59,554 nt of DNA from Octopus sinensis. Its lineage: Eukaryota. A model generated the notes under the pieces. That model was not told the origin of the DNA, did not search any database, and worked only from the letters and a program-made list of their open reading frames with translations. The position numbers and the translations under genes were made by a program. Shown in pieces: positions 36,990 through 48,730 of this stretch (the first letter of the stretch is position 1; each line of letters starts with the position of its first letter). The stretch lies in the NCBI RefSeq assembly GCF_006345805.1, contig NW_021832577.1, forward strand, positions 1-59,554. Direction: 5' to 3'.

Positions 36990-38525
36990 AATAACTACAG
37001 AAGCAGCAACATTAATAGTAGTAGTAGTAGTAGTAGTAGTAGTTTGGTGGTGGTGGTGGTGGTGGTAGTAGTGGTAGTAAGAGCAAAGACAATGGCAGCA
37101 AGACCCCCGAGGCACTCCTGTTGTGGACGGGTGGCTTTGACGCTCGGAGTCAAATCAATTTGATTGTCAAGATAAAGAAATTCGTGACATGTCTACCCAG
37201 GTTAACAATGGGAAATGTTGCAGAAATGACAACGAAATTCCGATATCGACTTAAAACAGAAACAGCTGCAGAGACCAATGCTATTATTGACAGAGAGAAA
37301 GAGGAAGAAGAAGAGGAGGAGGAGGAGGAGGAGGAGGAGGAGGAGAACTTGACTAAAGCAATATGTATAACTTGAATGCAAAAAGCGATAAAGCCAATAC
37401 TACCACCGCAGCCACCATCGTTACCACACCGATACTGTCATTAGCACCGGCATCAGCATCAGCGCCACCATTAGCGCTATCATCTAACCATCGCCATCAT
37501 CCCCCCGTCGTCATCATAACCACCACCACAAACACCACCACTACAACCACTTCCATGATGATGATGATGATGATGATGGTGATTATGATCATCATCATTA
37601 TCATCATCATCGTCATCAATACAACTACAACCAGAACCATTGTCATCATCATCATCATCCTCACCGCCATCGCCAACATCATCTTCAACAGCAGCATCAT
37701 CATCATCATCATCATTATCATCATCATCGTCGTCATCGTCGTCATCGTCGTCGTCGTCGTCGTCGTCAACAAAGACCGTGCCATCACTTTTAAAACCCTG
37801 ACTACCAGCGAGGCCATTATCCTCGTTAGATCAATTAGCAATAAAACGCCTCGTGATTCTTTTGAAATCAATTACGACGAGAAACCACAAGGAACAAAAA
37901 AACAAAACCACATCATCAACAGCAGTGGTAGCAGTAGCAGCAGTAGCAGCAGCACGACTACGATCACTAACAACAACAACAACAACAACAGCAGTACCAC
38001 TTCCCACCACCAACCCCCACCACCTGTACTAGCATCAGCAGCACCGCCGCCACCATCATCAACATTATCGTCCCATCAGCACCAACATAGCCACGCTACA
38101 ACCACCACCACCTCTACCATCACCACCACTACCCCACCACCACCACCACCGCCGCCACCACCATCACCACCACCACCACCAACCACCACCACCACCACCA
38201 CCACCACCACCACCACCACACCGCCGCCACCACCATCACCACCACCACCACCACCCCACCACCGCCGCCACCACCATTACCACCACCACACCACCACTAC
38301 CACACCACCACCACCATCACCACCACTACCACTACCACCACCACCACCACTACCCCACCACCACCACCGCCGCCACCACCATTACCACCACCACCACCAC
38401 ACCACCACCACCACCACTACCACCACCACCACCGCCGCCACACCATTACCACCACCACCACCACATCACCACCACTACCACCACTACCACCACCACCACC
38501 ACCACCACCACCACTACCACCACAT
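36990..38525. repeat. Mosaic of trinucleotide microsatellites (AGT, GGT, GAG, GAT, CAT, GTC, CAG, AAC, CAC) with short unique spacers
   Basis: Read directly; explains the 400-aa ORF 37363..38565. Confidence 0.95.
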
Positions 38526-38892
38526 CCGTGTCACCAATAGCAACAGCGGTATGATCCCTGTTTGACATAATCAGCTCCATAAATCCTCGTGCTTTCCGTT
38601 GATGTTTAATCCCAGATCAAGGCAAATAAAATTGATGCATTACAAAAGGCATTCCAGTCGTGGCCATCTTATATGCCAGGGTGATTTAGGACAAAAATAT
38701 TCAATACCTCCTACAGCTTTTTTTTTTCTTCTGTTTTTTTTTTTTTTAATATTGTTACAGTAGTTTAAGATTTGAGGAATAATTCGCTGCTGTTTCTAAC
38801 AAATCACTGAAATACCCAGAAGCGCTCTCCTTCCTTCAGTTCGGATTTCATTGGTGGTAGAAGTTGCATGATAACGATGATGATGGTGATGA

Positions 38893-38926
<34 letters not shown>

Positions 38927-39206
38927 GGTGGTGGTGGTGGCAATGCCACCTTGTAGACTTATTCCAGTTTGAATTGAAGGCACCTGATCGATTTTTCTAG
39001 CAAGTCGAGTGACTTATACTGATTCCATTGTAGAATCTTGACCACCGTGAAGACCCGTTGTTTTCGGAGTCAAACACAGATTTTGACAACTCAAACTTTA
39101 CGGATACAAATGGAAACGGTATAACAGCAGAAACAATTATTGATATGTCTGTCTGTCTATCTACCTATCTATCTATCTATCTATCTATCTATTTTTTCTG
39201 TCTATT

Positions 39207-39246
<40 letters not shown>

Positions 39247-39259
39247 TTTTTCTGTCTAT

Positions 39260-39292
<33 letters not shown>

Positions 39293-39375
39293 ATATCTAT
39301 CTATCTATCTATCTGTCTATCTATCTGTCTATCCATCTGTCTATCCACCTGTCTCTCTCTCTCTCTGTCTCTCTC

Positions 39376-39417
<42 letters not shown>

Positions 39418-39418
39418 A

Positions 39419-39450
<32 letters not shown>

Positions 39451-39451
39451 G

Positions 39452-39606
39452 TTACATTTGACGAATATTTGTCCTCGTCTTGTTTGTTGTTAACACAACG
39501 TTTCGGCTGATATACCCTCCAGCCTTCATCAGGTCATTTCGGGAAATTTCGAACATAGGTTCTCATTCCTAAGGTGGTTTTTTTTCGATATTATTTCTAT
39601 TATTAG
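39452..39606 (-). mobile_element. Hammerhead-bearing element, locus C (single arm)
   Basis: Matches the linker and right arm of locus A. Hammerhead at 39492-39537: AUGAC CUGAUGA A GGCUG GAGGGUAUAU CAGCC GAAAC GUU GUGUU; core intact, stem I disrupted. Confidence 0.85.
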
Positions 39607-39736
39607 TCGAAACGATCAAGAGATGGACGCACTTCCGCCATGTAGACATCGCTCGACGACGCAGACATCAGACATATTAGAAATAGTCACCGGATCTTCC
39701 TCGAATCACTTATATCATCTTTCCTGCTCTCTCTCT

Positions 39737-39779
<43 letters not shown>

Positions 39780-39939
39780 AACACGTTGGATAATATACAG
39801 TGATAGATGCTGTGAGTTTTAATATGGAGAGGATGGTCATAGCTGGAATGTCTTTAATTATAGACCTACCAGATCAGGGCTGACTTGGGACTAAAGAAAA
39901 CATCTAACGGCGCCTGGAACAACGTTTTAATGACTGACT

Positions 39940-40171
39940 ACAACAAAACAACAACAACAGAACAAAAGTAACAAAGATCAGTAGCAATTATAGCAACAAC
40001 AATAACAACTACACAGAGAGCAAAATAATAACAACAACAACAACAACAACAACAATAATAATAATAATAATAATGATAATAATAATAATAATGATGACGA
40101 CGACGACGACGACGATGATGATGATGATGATGATAATAATAATAATAATAACAGTAATAATAATAATAATG

Positions 40172-40225
<54 letters not shown>

Positions 40226-40232
40226 GTAATAG
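39940..40232. repeat. (AAC)n-(AAT)n-(GAC/GAT)n-(AAT)n compound microsatellite
   Basis: Read directly from the sequence. Confidence 0.95.
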
Positions 40233-40920
40233 TAATAATATTTTGGATACACGCCAGTTCAAAACCTAATATCCATCACAGAATCGTTGCTATATGTGTA
40301 ACTTCTAAAACCTGACCTGGTTACGATTTTTGCATATTTATTTTCTTATTTTTACAAACATTTTGGTTTTCTGTATTAAATTTTTTGTAATGTTTTTGTA
40401 TTGTTTTTACAATATATTTTTTTTTTAATATTTCTTGTTTATTTTTTTTTACGTTTACATCCATTTTCCAATAGTATTTTACTTTTGCTTTGTTTTTGTT
40501 TTATATTTCCTCTTTGTGGAATGTCTATCGTTTTAACAAAAGACAGACACTGGAAGATAAAACAAAAGATTTTTTTTCCACGCCACTTCTTACACGCTTT
40601 CTATTTGTTGATAGGATTCACAATCAAGGCTGCTGGAATTCGTTGCTCTCACATATTCAAATCAAATCTACTTTGCGTAACGATAACACACTTAGAACCG
40701 CAAAACTACAAGCTGGACATAACAACAATTGAGTCTTAATCTACAAATATATTGGGATATTTTCCCAACTATTGGAGAAAATTACGTTTATCTATCTGCA
40801 ACTAAATGGATTAATTTCTTGTGTTTGTGCCTCCCTATTTCAATATAAATGCGTATGTTTGTGTGTGGCGAGAAAACGGGTGTAAACGTGTGTCTAGTCT
40901 CTCCGCTGCAAAAATATAAC

Positions 40921-40960
40921 AACATGGCGTAATTTCTTTGTAACTTCCTGTTTCGCCATT
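40921..40960. promoter_or_regulatory. Candidate YY1-ETS-YY1 motif cluster
   Basis: aacatggcg (40921), acttcctgtt (40943) and cgccatt (40954) in unique sequence; motif match only. Confidence 0.3.
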
Positions 40961-41357
40961 GATTCTTGTACATGGTGTTTAAAAAATAAAGGTGGTGGGG
41001 AGAAAGAAAAGTCTGGAGTTGTGTCTCTCTCTTTTATCCTGTGCGTAACGCTATAATATTCTAAACGGTTTGTACTTCTTAGTTCCCGTAAAGGTTTCGT
41101 TTGTAAAACTGCATTCTCACTGCTTGCCCTGAAATTGAACGAGGTCAGCCATATTTTACGTGTGTTGAGAAGCAATGATGATTCACTAGAAACAACCAGA
41201 CGAAAGGAGAGCATTTATGCAAATGATGATAATGATAAACAATTATTAATGTTATTTCTACTCTAGACACAAGGACTTGAAATTCTTTTAGGGAACGGGG
41301 CTTGTTGATTATATCGACCCCAGTGCTTAACTAGTACTTAATAATAATAATAATAAT

Positions 41358-41905
41358 GATGCAGTACTAGACAGTGGCTTTCATGGCTTCTGATCTTAAC
41401 TGATTAGAAGTGTTATCATGTACATTGTTTTGTCTTGGTATAAAAGATGGGCTACAGCAAATATTCTGCTCAATACCACAGATTTGCTTGTCAGTTGTTT
41501 ACCTTAACCAGTTGAGCATGTCCCTTAGTGGCTGACGATATGTGCATCTCTGATCACGAGCAGAAGTAGTGAGGGAGCATCATAGCCATGTGTTGAGGGG
41601 GATTCTTTGGGGGTTGAATAATTCACCACTGGAAACATGGGTGTTTTGTCCAACATCCTTAAACAAACCTTATTCAGGGACCTTTTGAGCGGGATGGGCT
41701 ACTCAACCTGAAGAAAATTCTAACTGGGCCCCACCTGCAAGGTCATGTGCTGCTTATCTTGATATGAGATCACCATGTCGCGCACATATGGTTGTGATGC
41801 ATATGCCTAGTGTACCCTTATCAGACGGGTAGTCATGATGGGTATACGGGGCTTCGTATATTTTACCCCAGTGTCACTTTGATGGCATGCACTGCTCTCT
41901 CACTC
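41358..41905 (+). mobile_element. ~550 bp non-coding insert between (AAT)n tracts; probable 3' UTR of a 5'-truncated R4/Dong-like LINE
   Basis: Higher-GC unique sequence with sharp boundaries in aataat runs on both sides. No ORF; the assignment is inferred from context. Confidence 0.55.
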
Positions 41906-41977
<72 letters not shown>

Positions 41978-41994
41978 TAATAATAATAATAATA

Positions 41995-42063
<69 letters not shown>

Positions 42064-42064
<1 letters not shown>

Positions 42065-42477
42065 GAATAGGAAACCAGGCATAGTTTTAATTGAGAAAGA
42101 AAACAAACTATGCTGGATCATAGATATAGCATGCCCAGCTGACAACAAGATGTGCGATAATGAAGAAAGAAAAGTCGAGAGATATGACAGGTTAGCTTGG
42201 GAAGTTAAGCAGTTGTGCTCGAAGAAAAAGGTAGCAGTTGTACAAATAATTGTCGGAGCCCTGGGATCAGTGAGCAAAAAAAAAAGTACGTGGAACAAAT
42301 AGGGGCTGCAATAAGGGTGGAGCACTTGCAGAAAACAGCACTGCTTGAAACCGCTCGAATACTCTGGAAGGTGCTCGAAAAATAAGAGGTGTTATCTTAC
42401 TTCACTGGTAGTGAACAGCCGACACCGTAGTACCGCTCCAGCGTTAGAAGCTGCGCAAAGGCAATAATAATAATAAT
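42064..42477 (+). mobile_element. R4/Dong-clade non-LTR retrotransposon 3' fragment (restriction-like endonuclease domain)
   Basis: NRKPGIVLIEKENKLCWIIDIACPADNKMCDNEERKVERYDRLAWEVKQLCSKKKVAVVQIIVGALGSVSK /fs/ KYVEQIGAAIRVEHLQKTALLETARILWKVLEK* (stop 42383-42385): a PD-(D/E)xK-type RLE with PD changed to PG. Short UTR, then (AAT)n on both flanks. Confidence 0.9.
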
Positions 42478-43572
42478 GATGATGGTAACAGTTCCAGGTT
42501 TAGACACAGCAAAACAGAAATAGATTTCTTTTGCGGTGGAACTCACTAGATGCAAATGATTCATAACTAAAATCTTCAACTTAGACGGTAGCTGTACGCA
42601 TTATTCCATTATTTTAATCCACAAAGCAGGAGAAAAGAGAAAAGAATTGCATTCTTTAAAAGAAGAATACCTACATTTGGGCTAGAAAAGTATCTTGTAA
42701 AATATACGGGAGGCTTTCGCAAATAGTGACGCAATTAAATGATTTAATGTCTGTTCAGTAAATTCTCTTTTTAGGAAACAGAGACTTAGGCAGTTGAAAG
42801 CAATGTGAAGGAAGGAAAAAACAATAAAATGTAATGAGTCTATGAAATACGCTGGAAGATCATTAGTAAGAAAATATGACATTGGATAGAGAAAGACCCG
42901 GGAGCTTATATTGTAATTTTTTATCGTATTTATTTTGGATAACTATAGAATGTGAAATGAATGGAGATGATATGTGGCAAGCGAAAGAAAAATTTATCTC
43001 ATTATTTCAAACAAGAATGAATCGTAATTTGACTTAAAAGAATTTAAAGTGTCTTGTATTGGAAAATTTGCATTTCATCCTCCGGGGATAATATTCAAAC
43101 ACACACACGCGCGCAAACATGCACACATACAATCACATACAACTCGCACGCACACAGCTGTACATACATATATGTGTATGTATGTATGTATGTATGTATC
43201 TATCTATCTATCTATCTAACTATCAACATCTATATATGTATATATAAATATTTTTATTTTTCATTCCCGTTCAGAATTACAACTTTTAGTGGCTTGGAGT
43301 TTAACTGCTCTTTCTAGTGAGTCAGATATCCTATTATCGGTTATCTCTTATGTGTTTGAACGTACACTGTATTCTTCTCTGAATATATATATAGATAGAA
43401 ATATTAAAATTACTAAGTCTCTATAAAAGAGATTATGGCAGCGTTTACTGGAAATTAATTGTTATCGCCATATTAATATGGCATTCTTATAGATATAAGA
43501 ATAATCGCTGCCATGGTCAGCTCCATGAGGCCACCGCCATCAAGATAGCTATTGATACACGATCTGTATCCA

Positions 43573-43716
43573 TTATAACCTTCGAACAAGGGAGGTCAGC
43601 CGCTTCACACTGCCAGTCCGACAGCTACATACGCGTTTCGGGGTATTGCTCCTTGTCAATGTAGCGCAGTCAGACCCGCAGGTGTCGCCACTGACGTCTC
43701 TGTTCGAAGGCTTATA
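43573..43716 (-). ncRNA. ~140 bp imperfect hairpin element with a degenerate minimal hammerhead at its apex (43624-43665)
   Basis: Minus strand: GCUACA UUGACAA GGAG CAAUA CCCC GAAA CGCG UA UGUAGC. Stem I 6 bp perfect, palindrome ACGCGU, GUA triplet, core C3U and G8A. The arms stay complementary out to ccttcgaaca/tgttcgaagg. Confidence 0.55.
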
Positions 43717-43799
43717 TTTACCTAGTTTCAGTGGAATACATCCACTTGTTTTCAATAATAGAAATATTGTTGTGAGTGTTTATTGAACGAAAAGACCTA

Positions 43800-44070
43800 A
43801 AACTCAGGCAGGGGGTGGCAGTGAAACCTACTGTACTCTTTCACGACGACTTTCTCATATCGCTCTTTCTTTCTGTTTCTGTTGTACATGTATTTCAAAG
43901 GGCCGGCCTTATTACATTCTGTGTCACGTTGAATCTCTCCGAGAACTACGTTAAGGGTACACGTTCCTGTGGAGTGCTCAGCCACTTCCACGTTAATTTC
44001 ACGAGCAGGCTGTTCTGTTGATCCGATCAACTGGAACCCTCTTCGTCGTAACCGACGGAGTGCCACTGTG
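43800..44070 (+). mobile_element. 3' part of the SINE family seen at 1168-1417
   Basis: gtatttcaaagggccggccttattacattctgtgtcacgttgaatctctccgagaactacgttaaggg...gttgatccgatcaactggaaccctcttcgtcgtaaccgacggagtgcc. Confidence 0.85.
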
Positions 44071-44552
44071 CACATATATATGAAGAGTGAACGACGTTTA
44101 CAAACTTATAATATCGGGAGCCACTAAGCTAATAAGGACAGCTCTACAAATAAAAACCTACATGAAAGCTGGTGTACAATAAAGACATACATCGTTAGTA
44201 TGTCTCTTTGTGCTAATCACAAACTGCAGATTGTATTATCAAGTTATAAAAGGCACAAATATTTACACTCCACTAATAATAATGAAGTAAATAAACGAAC
44301 AAAAAAACGCAAATGTCCTTAGATTGATTATTATCAACTTAATCGTCCATGTTATTATTTCAACACGACCTTTGTAAATCTCAGTCGGAGATTAACCGAC
44401 GCTGTTGTATATAGGTGTGCTTCCCTACGCATCTGTCAGATAGAAATATCTTACAAGATAGACCGAGACAATTCTGTCTCTGTCTCTCCCCTCTCTCCCC
44501 CCTCTCTCTCTCTCGTTGTGTTTCTGCTCTATTGTGATATGGTATTCTATGG

Positions 44553-44780
44553 CTAGCTGGCAGAATCGTTAGCACGCCGGGCGAAATGCTTAGCGGTATT
44601 TCGTCTGCCGTTACGTTCTGAGTTCAAATTCCGCCGAGGTTGACTTTGCCTTTCATCCTTTAGGGGTCGATTGAATAAGTACCAGTTACGCACTGGGTTC
44701 GATATAATCGACTTAATCCGTTTGTCTGCCCTTGTTTGTCCCCTCTGTGTTTAGCCCCTTGTGGGTAATAAAGAAATAGG
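44553..44780 (+). mobile_element. OK-type SINE monomer
   Basis: Near full length; 12 bp TSD ggtattctatgg at 44541-44552 / 44779-44790. Confidence 0.93.
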
Positions 44781-45235
44781 TATTCTATGGCATGGTGAGC
44801 TGTTGTAAGAGTAGAGTAGCACAGTGTGTATGGTATGATTATGTTATTTTGTTGTTCAGTCCAAGGTTAGCCCTACAGGACGAGAATCCAGAAACTTTTC
44901 TGTCCGACAAGTCTTTTTCCTTGTTGAGCATTGGGTTATGGTGTGCAGTAGTATAACAGGGTATGACATAGTGTATTGTATGATAATGTACAGTGCTCTA
45001 CGGTGTTGAGTCGCCTGGTGTAATAATGATATGACGTAGTATAATTGTGGTAGTATGAGGTATGACGCCATGTTGTATGGCTGGGTATGACACGGTGTCT
45101 TGTGGGACGGCTGTACCAAGCCACGTCATACTTCTATAAATCTATCAACCATTGTTACTAATGACGACATTAGCCTAATTTATTATTGTATGTTACATTT
45201 TTTTTACTCGCCTGCTACATTCAACACTCGTCAAA

Positions 45236-45243
45236 ATAATAAA

Positions 45244-45300
<57 letters not shown>

Positions 45301-45467
45301 TATAATGATAATAATCTTTTCTTTATTGGCCACAAATAATCAGGATCAACATCATCGTCGTCGTCGTCGTTGCCGTAAATATATTCATTGCCACCCTCAT
45401 AACTCTCCCCATCTTCATCATCCGCCTCATCATCATCATCACCATCATCATCACCACCACCACCACC

Positions 45468-45535
<68 letters not shown>

Positions 45536-45736
45536 TATCATCATCATCACCACCACAAGCACCAATAACATCATCATTGCCTTCATCGTCATCACCACCA
45601 ACGCGATCACTATCATTGTTATATCATTCGCCATCATCATTATCATTATGATGACGATGATGACGATGTTGACGATGATGATGACGATGACGATGACGAT
45701 GATGATGATGATGATGATGATGACGATGATGATGAC

Positions 45737-45773
<37 letters not shown>

Positions 45774-45970
45774 GGTGTCACCATCATCAACACCATCATG
45801 AACATTATTGTCATCCCCTCCACCACCACCACCACCACCACCACCACCACCACTATCAACAACATTATAATTAACATTATAATTATATCCAGAATCAACA
45901 CCACGAAGACAGCCATCAACATCATCATCATCAACAGCAGCAGTAGCAGTCACAGCATCAGCAGCAGCAG
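45236..45970. repeat. Compound trinucleotide microsatellite block (AAT, GTC, CAT, CAC, GAT, CAG)
   Basis: Read directly; explains ORFs 45305, 45323, 45624 and 45648. Confidence 0.95.
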
Positions 45971-46623
45971 CACGACAGCAGGAGTGGTAGCAAGAACTTA
46001 ATGAACGAATTAAGTGCGAGAGATCATTAAGGAGATATTTTTGCTTTTTCATTTTTTTCTTTTTCTTTTTTTTTTTTCTTTTCTTTCTTTGCGAATACCA
46101 CAAACGTTCTGACTTCATATATTCTGGACGTATCAACTGGTTCTCTTGAAATAAACATCGGAAGTTATATATTTCTAGCCATATGTCGCTCATTTTCTTT
46201 TCTGTTTTTTTTCCTCCCCCTGTTTTAATTCGGTCCATATGGCTTCGAGTCGGCAGAATTACAATTATAGAAAATAATTATTGCATTATAAAGATACATT
46301 GAAATTATTATTGGTCTCAAATTTTGGCACGGTTATTACTTTCCTGGAACAACATCACCATACGTTACCCAGACACACACACGCAAACATACACACGCAA
46401 ACATACACACACACACATATATATATTGTATGTGTTTGACTATGTGTGTATGTGTGTATGTATACACATATATATATGAAAAGGTCTCAAAATGACCGAA
46501 ACCGGTACTGAAATGTTCTTTATAAAATTATTTTAGCATTCTCTATTTTGACTTGTTTTTTCATATATATTATATATATATATCTGTGTTTAGCCCCTTG
46601 TGGGTAGTAAAGAAATATATATA

Positions 46624-46657
<34 letters not shown>

Positions 46658-46761
46658 TCTGTAGAACACAAAATACATTTCAGGCTTCCAAAGTTCGTTT
46701 ATAATATATATACAAACATGAATATACACATATACAGATATATATATACATACAAATATGT

Positions 46762-46813
<52 letters not shown>

Positions 46814-47140
46814 CTGCAGCATACATCGAATTTAGTAAATCTTTACTTTGGATCCATTCAATCTCATCAGGCATCTAGAATGAATGTAAATTTATATGCA
46901 TTTATGTACATACTTATGCATGTATGTATGTATCCATCTATGTATGTATGTATATATGTACGTATGTTTCTATGCATGTATATATCTATGTTTGTATGTT
47001 TGTTTGTACACGTTACGTTACTTTTCTGTTTTTAATTATTTAAATTCCTTTCTCTAAAGCGGGAGCTAGTTTCCAACAGAGATCCAAAGGTCCATCATGT
47101 GCATAAAGGATATAACATCTACTATACTACATATTGCACT

Positions 47141-47182
<42 letters not shown>

Positions 47183-47211
47183 TTTCGGTATCATTATAAC
47201 ATATGCAATTA

Positions 47212-47420
47212 AGGCGGTGAGTTGGCAGAATCGTTAGAACGCCAGCGAAATGCTTAGCACTATTACGTCTGTAGTAGCGTTCTGAGTTCAAATTCTGCCG
47301 AGGTCGACTTTTCTTTTCATCCTTTCGGGGCCGATCAAATAGGTACCGGTAACGCACTGGAGGAGTCGATATAAACGACTAGCTACCTTCTACCAAAATT
47401 TTCAAGAGCTTTTGCCCAGA
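47212..47420 (+). mobile_element. OK-type SINE (alternative tail)
   Basis: ggcggtgagttggcagaatcgttag...ctgagttcaaattctgccgaggtcgac...catcctttcggggccgatc. Confidence 0.88.
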
Positions 47421-47569
47421 GTAGAAATAGTTACAATATATGCAAATACGAATGAGGTATTGTACGGAGTGTTCACATTATCCCGTACGTGTAACCATGC
47501 ATTTGTCTAACAACTACACATCAGCATAGAGTGACACCTTACATTTCACCACGGTACTATCCTGGCAAA

Positions 47570-48166
47570 GGCGGCGAGATGGCAGGAACGTTGGCACGCC
47601 GGGGGAAATGCGTAGCCGTATTTCGTCTGTCGCTACGTTCTGATTTCAAATTCCGCTGAGGTCGACTTTACCTTTTATCCTTTCGGGGTCGATAAATTAA
47701 GTACCAGTTACGCACTGGTGTCGATATAATCGACTTAATGCGTTTGTCTGTCCTTGTCTGTCCTCTCTGTGTTTAGCCCCTTGTGGGTAGTAAAGAAATA
47801 GGTATTTCGTCTGCCGCTACGTTCTGAGTTCAAATTACGCCGAGGTTGACTTTGCCTTTCATCCTTTCGGGGCCGATTAAATAAGTACCAGTTACGCATT
47901 GGATCGATATAATCGACTTAATCCGTTTGTCTGTTATTGTTTGTCCCGTCTGTGTTTAGCCCCTTGTGAGTAGTAAAGAAATAGGTACTTTGTCTGCCGC
48001 TACGTTCTGAGTTCAAATTTCGCTGAGATCGACTTTGCCCTTCATCCTTTCGGGGTCGATAAATTAAGTACCAGTTACGCACTGGGGTCGATATAATCGA
48101 CTTAATCCGTTTGTCTGTCCTTGTTTGTCCTCTCTGTGTTTATCCCTTGTGGGTAGTAAAGAAATA
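47570..48166 (+). mobile_element. OK-type SINE trimer (head + 3 body units)
   Basis: Units rejoin at gaaatag|gtat(t/c)tc at ~47791 and ~47985; 12 bp TSD ggtactatcctg at 47553-47564 / 48167-48178. Confidence 0.93.
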
Positions 48167-48680
48167 GGTACTATCCTGTCCTGGCATTATCGCTCACGCG
48201 AAATTCACAATGCATGTTGAGTTAAACTTCATTCTTAGCCTCCATTAAAATATTTATATTTTCTTTGCTATTTCGCTGTATCTCTTCTCTTCTTAGTTCC
48301 CCTATCTCTATCAGATAATGCGAAGAAATGTCGTTATGGGGGACATACACACACGAAAATAAAGATACCATTAGAATGTTGAAAACGACTGAAATCTATG
48401 GCGGAAAGCAATAAAAGGTGGCAATAAAACCAATGGAGGTTAATTCAATAATAATAGAATGTGGTCGCCAACATGACGTCGTTTGTCTAAGACGGAGCTA
48501 ATAACTCTGCCGTTCGTCACGATTGACCGATATTATGGCGTATATTTATCAAACACACACACACACACACACGAACACACAAACACACACACACATACGG
48601 AGGCACAAATTTTGGCGCATGTGCACACATAGGTAAGTGTATGAATAAATATAAGTGTATGCGCAAAATATGCACTTCGG

Positions 48681-48730
<50 letters not shown>

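Noticed and set aside
37363-38565. 400-aa ORF, the longest in the window
   Set aside because: Almost entirely homopolymeric runs (T, M, I, V, S, N, P, H) from trinucleotide repeats; no domain content.
46834-46878. Minus-strand CUGAUGA-GAU..AUC-CAAA-GUAAAGAUUUAC-UA hammerhead look-alike
   Set aside because: G12 is C, and the flanks cannot form stem I.
47570-48166. Regularly spaced repeats that could be mistaken for a CRISPR array
   Set aside because: Units are ~195 bp SINE bodies with no unique spacers; eukaryotic context with no cas genes.
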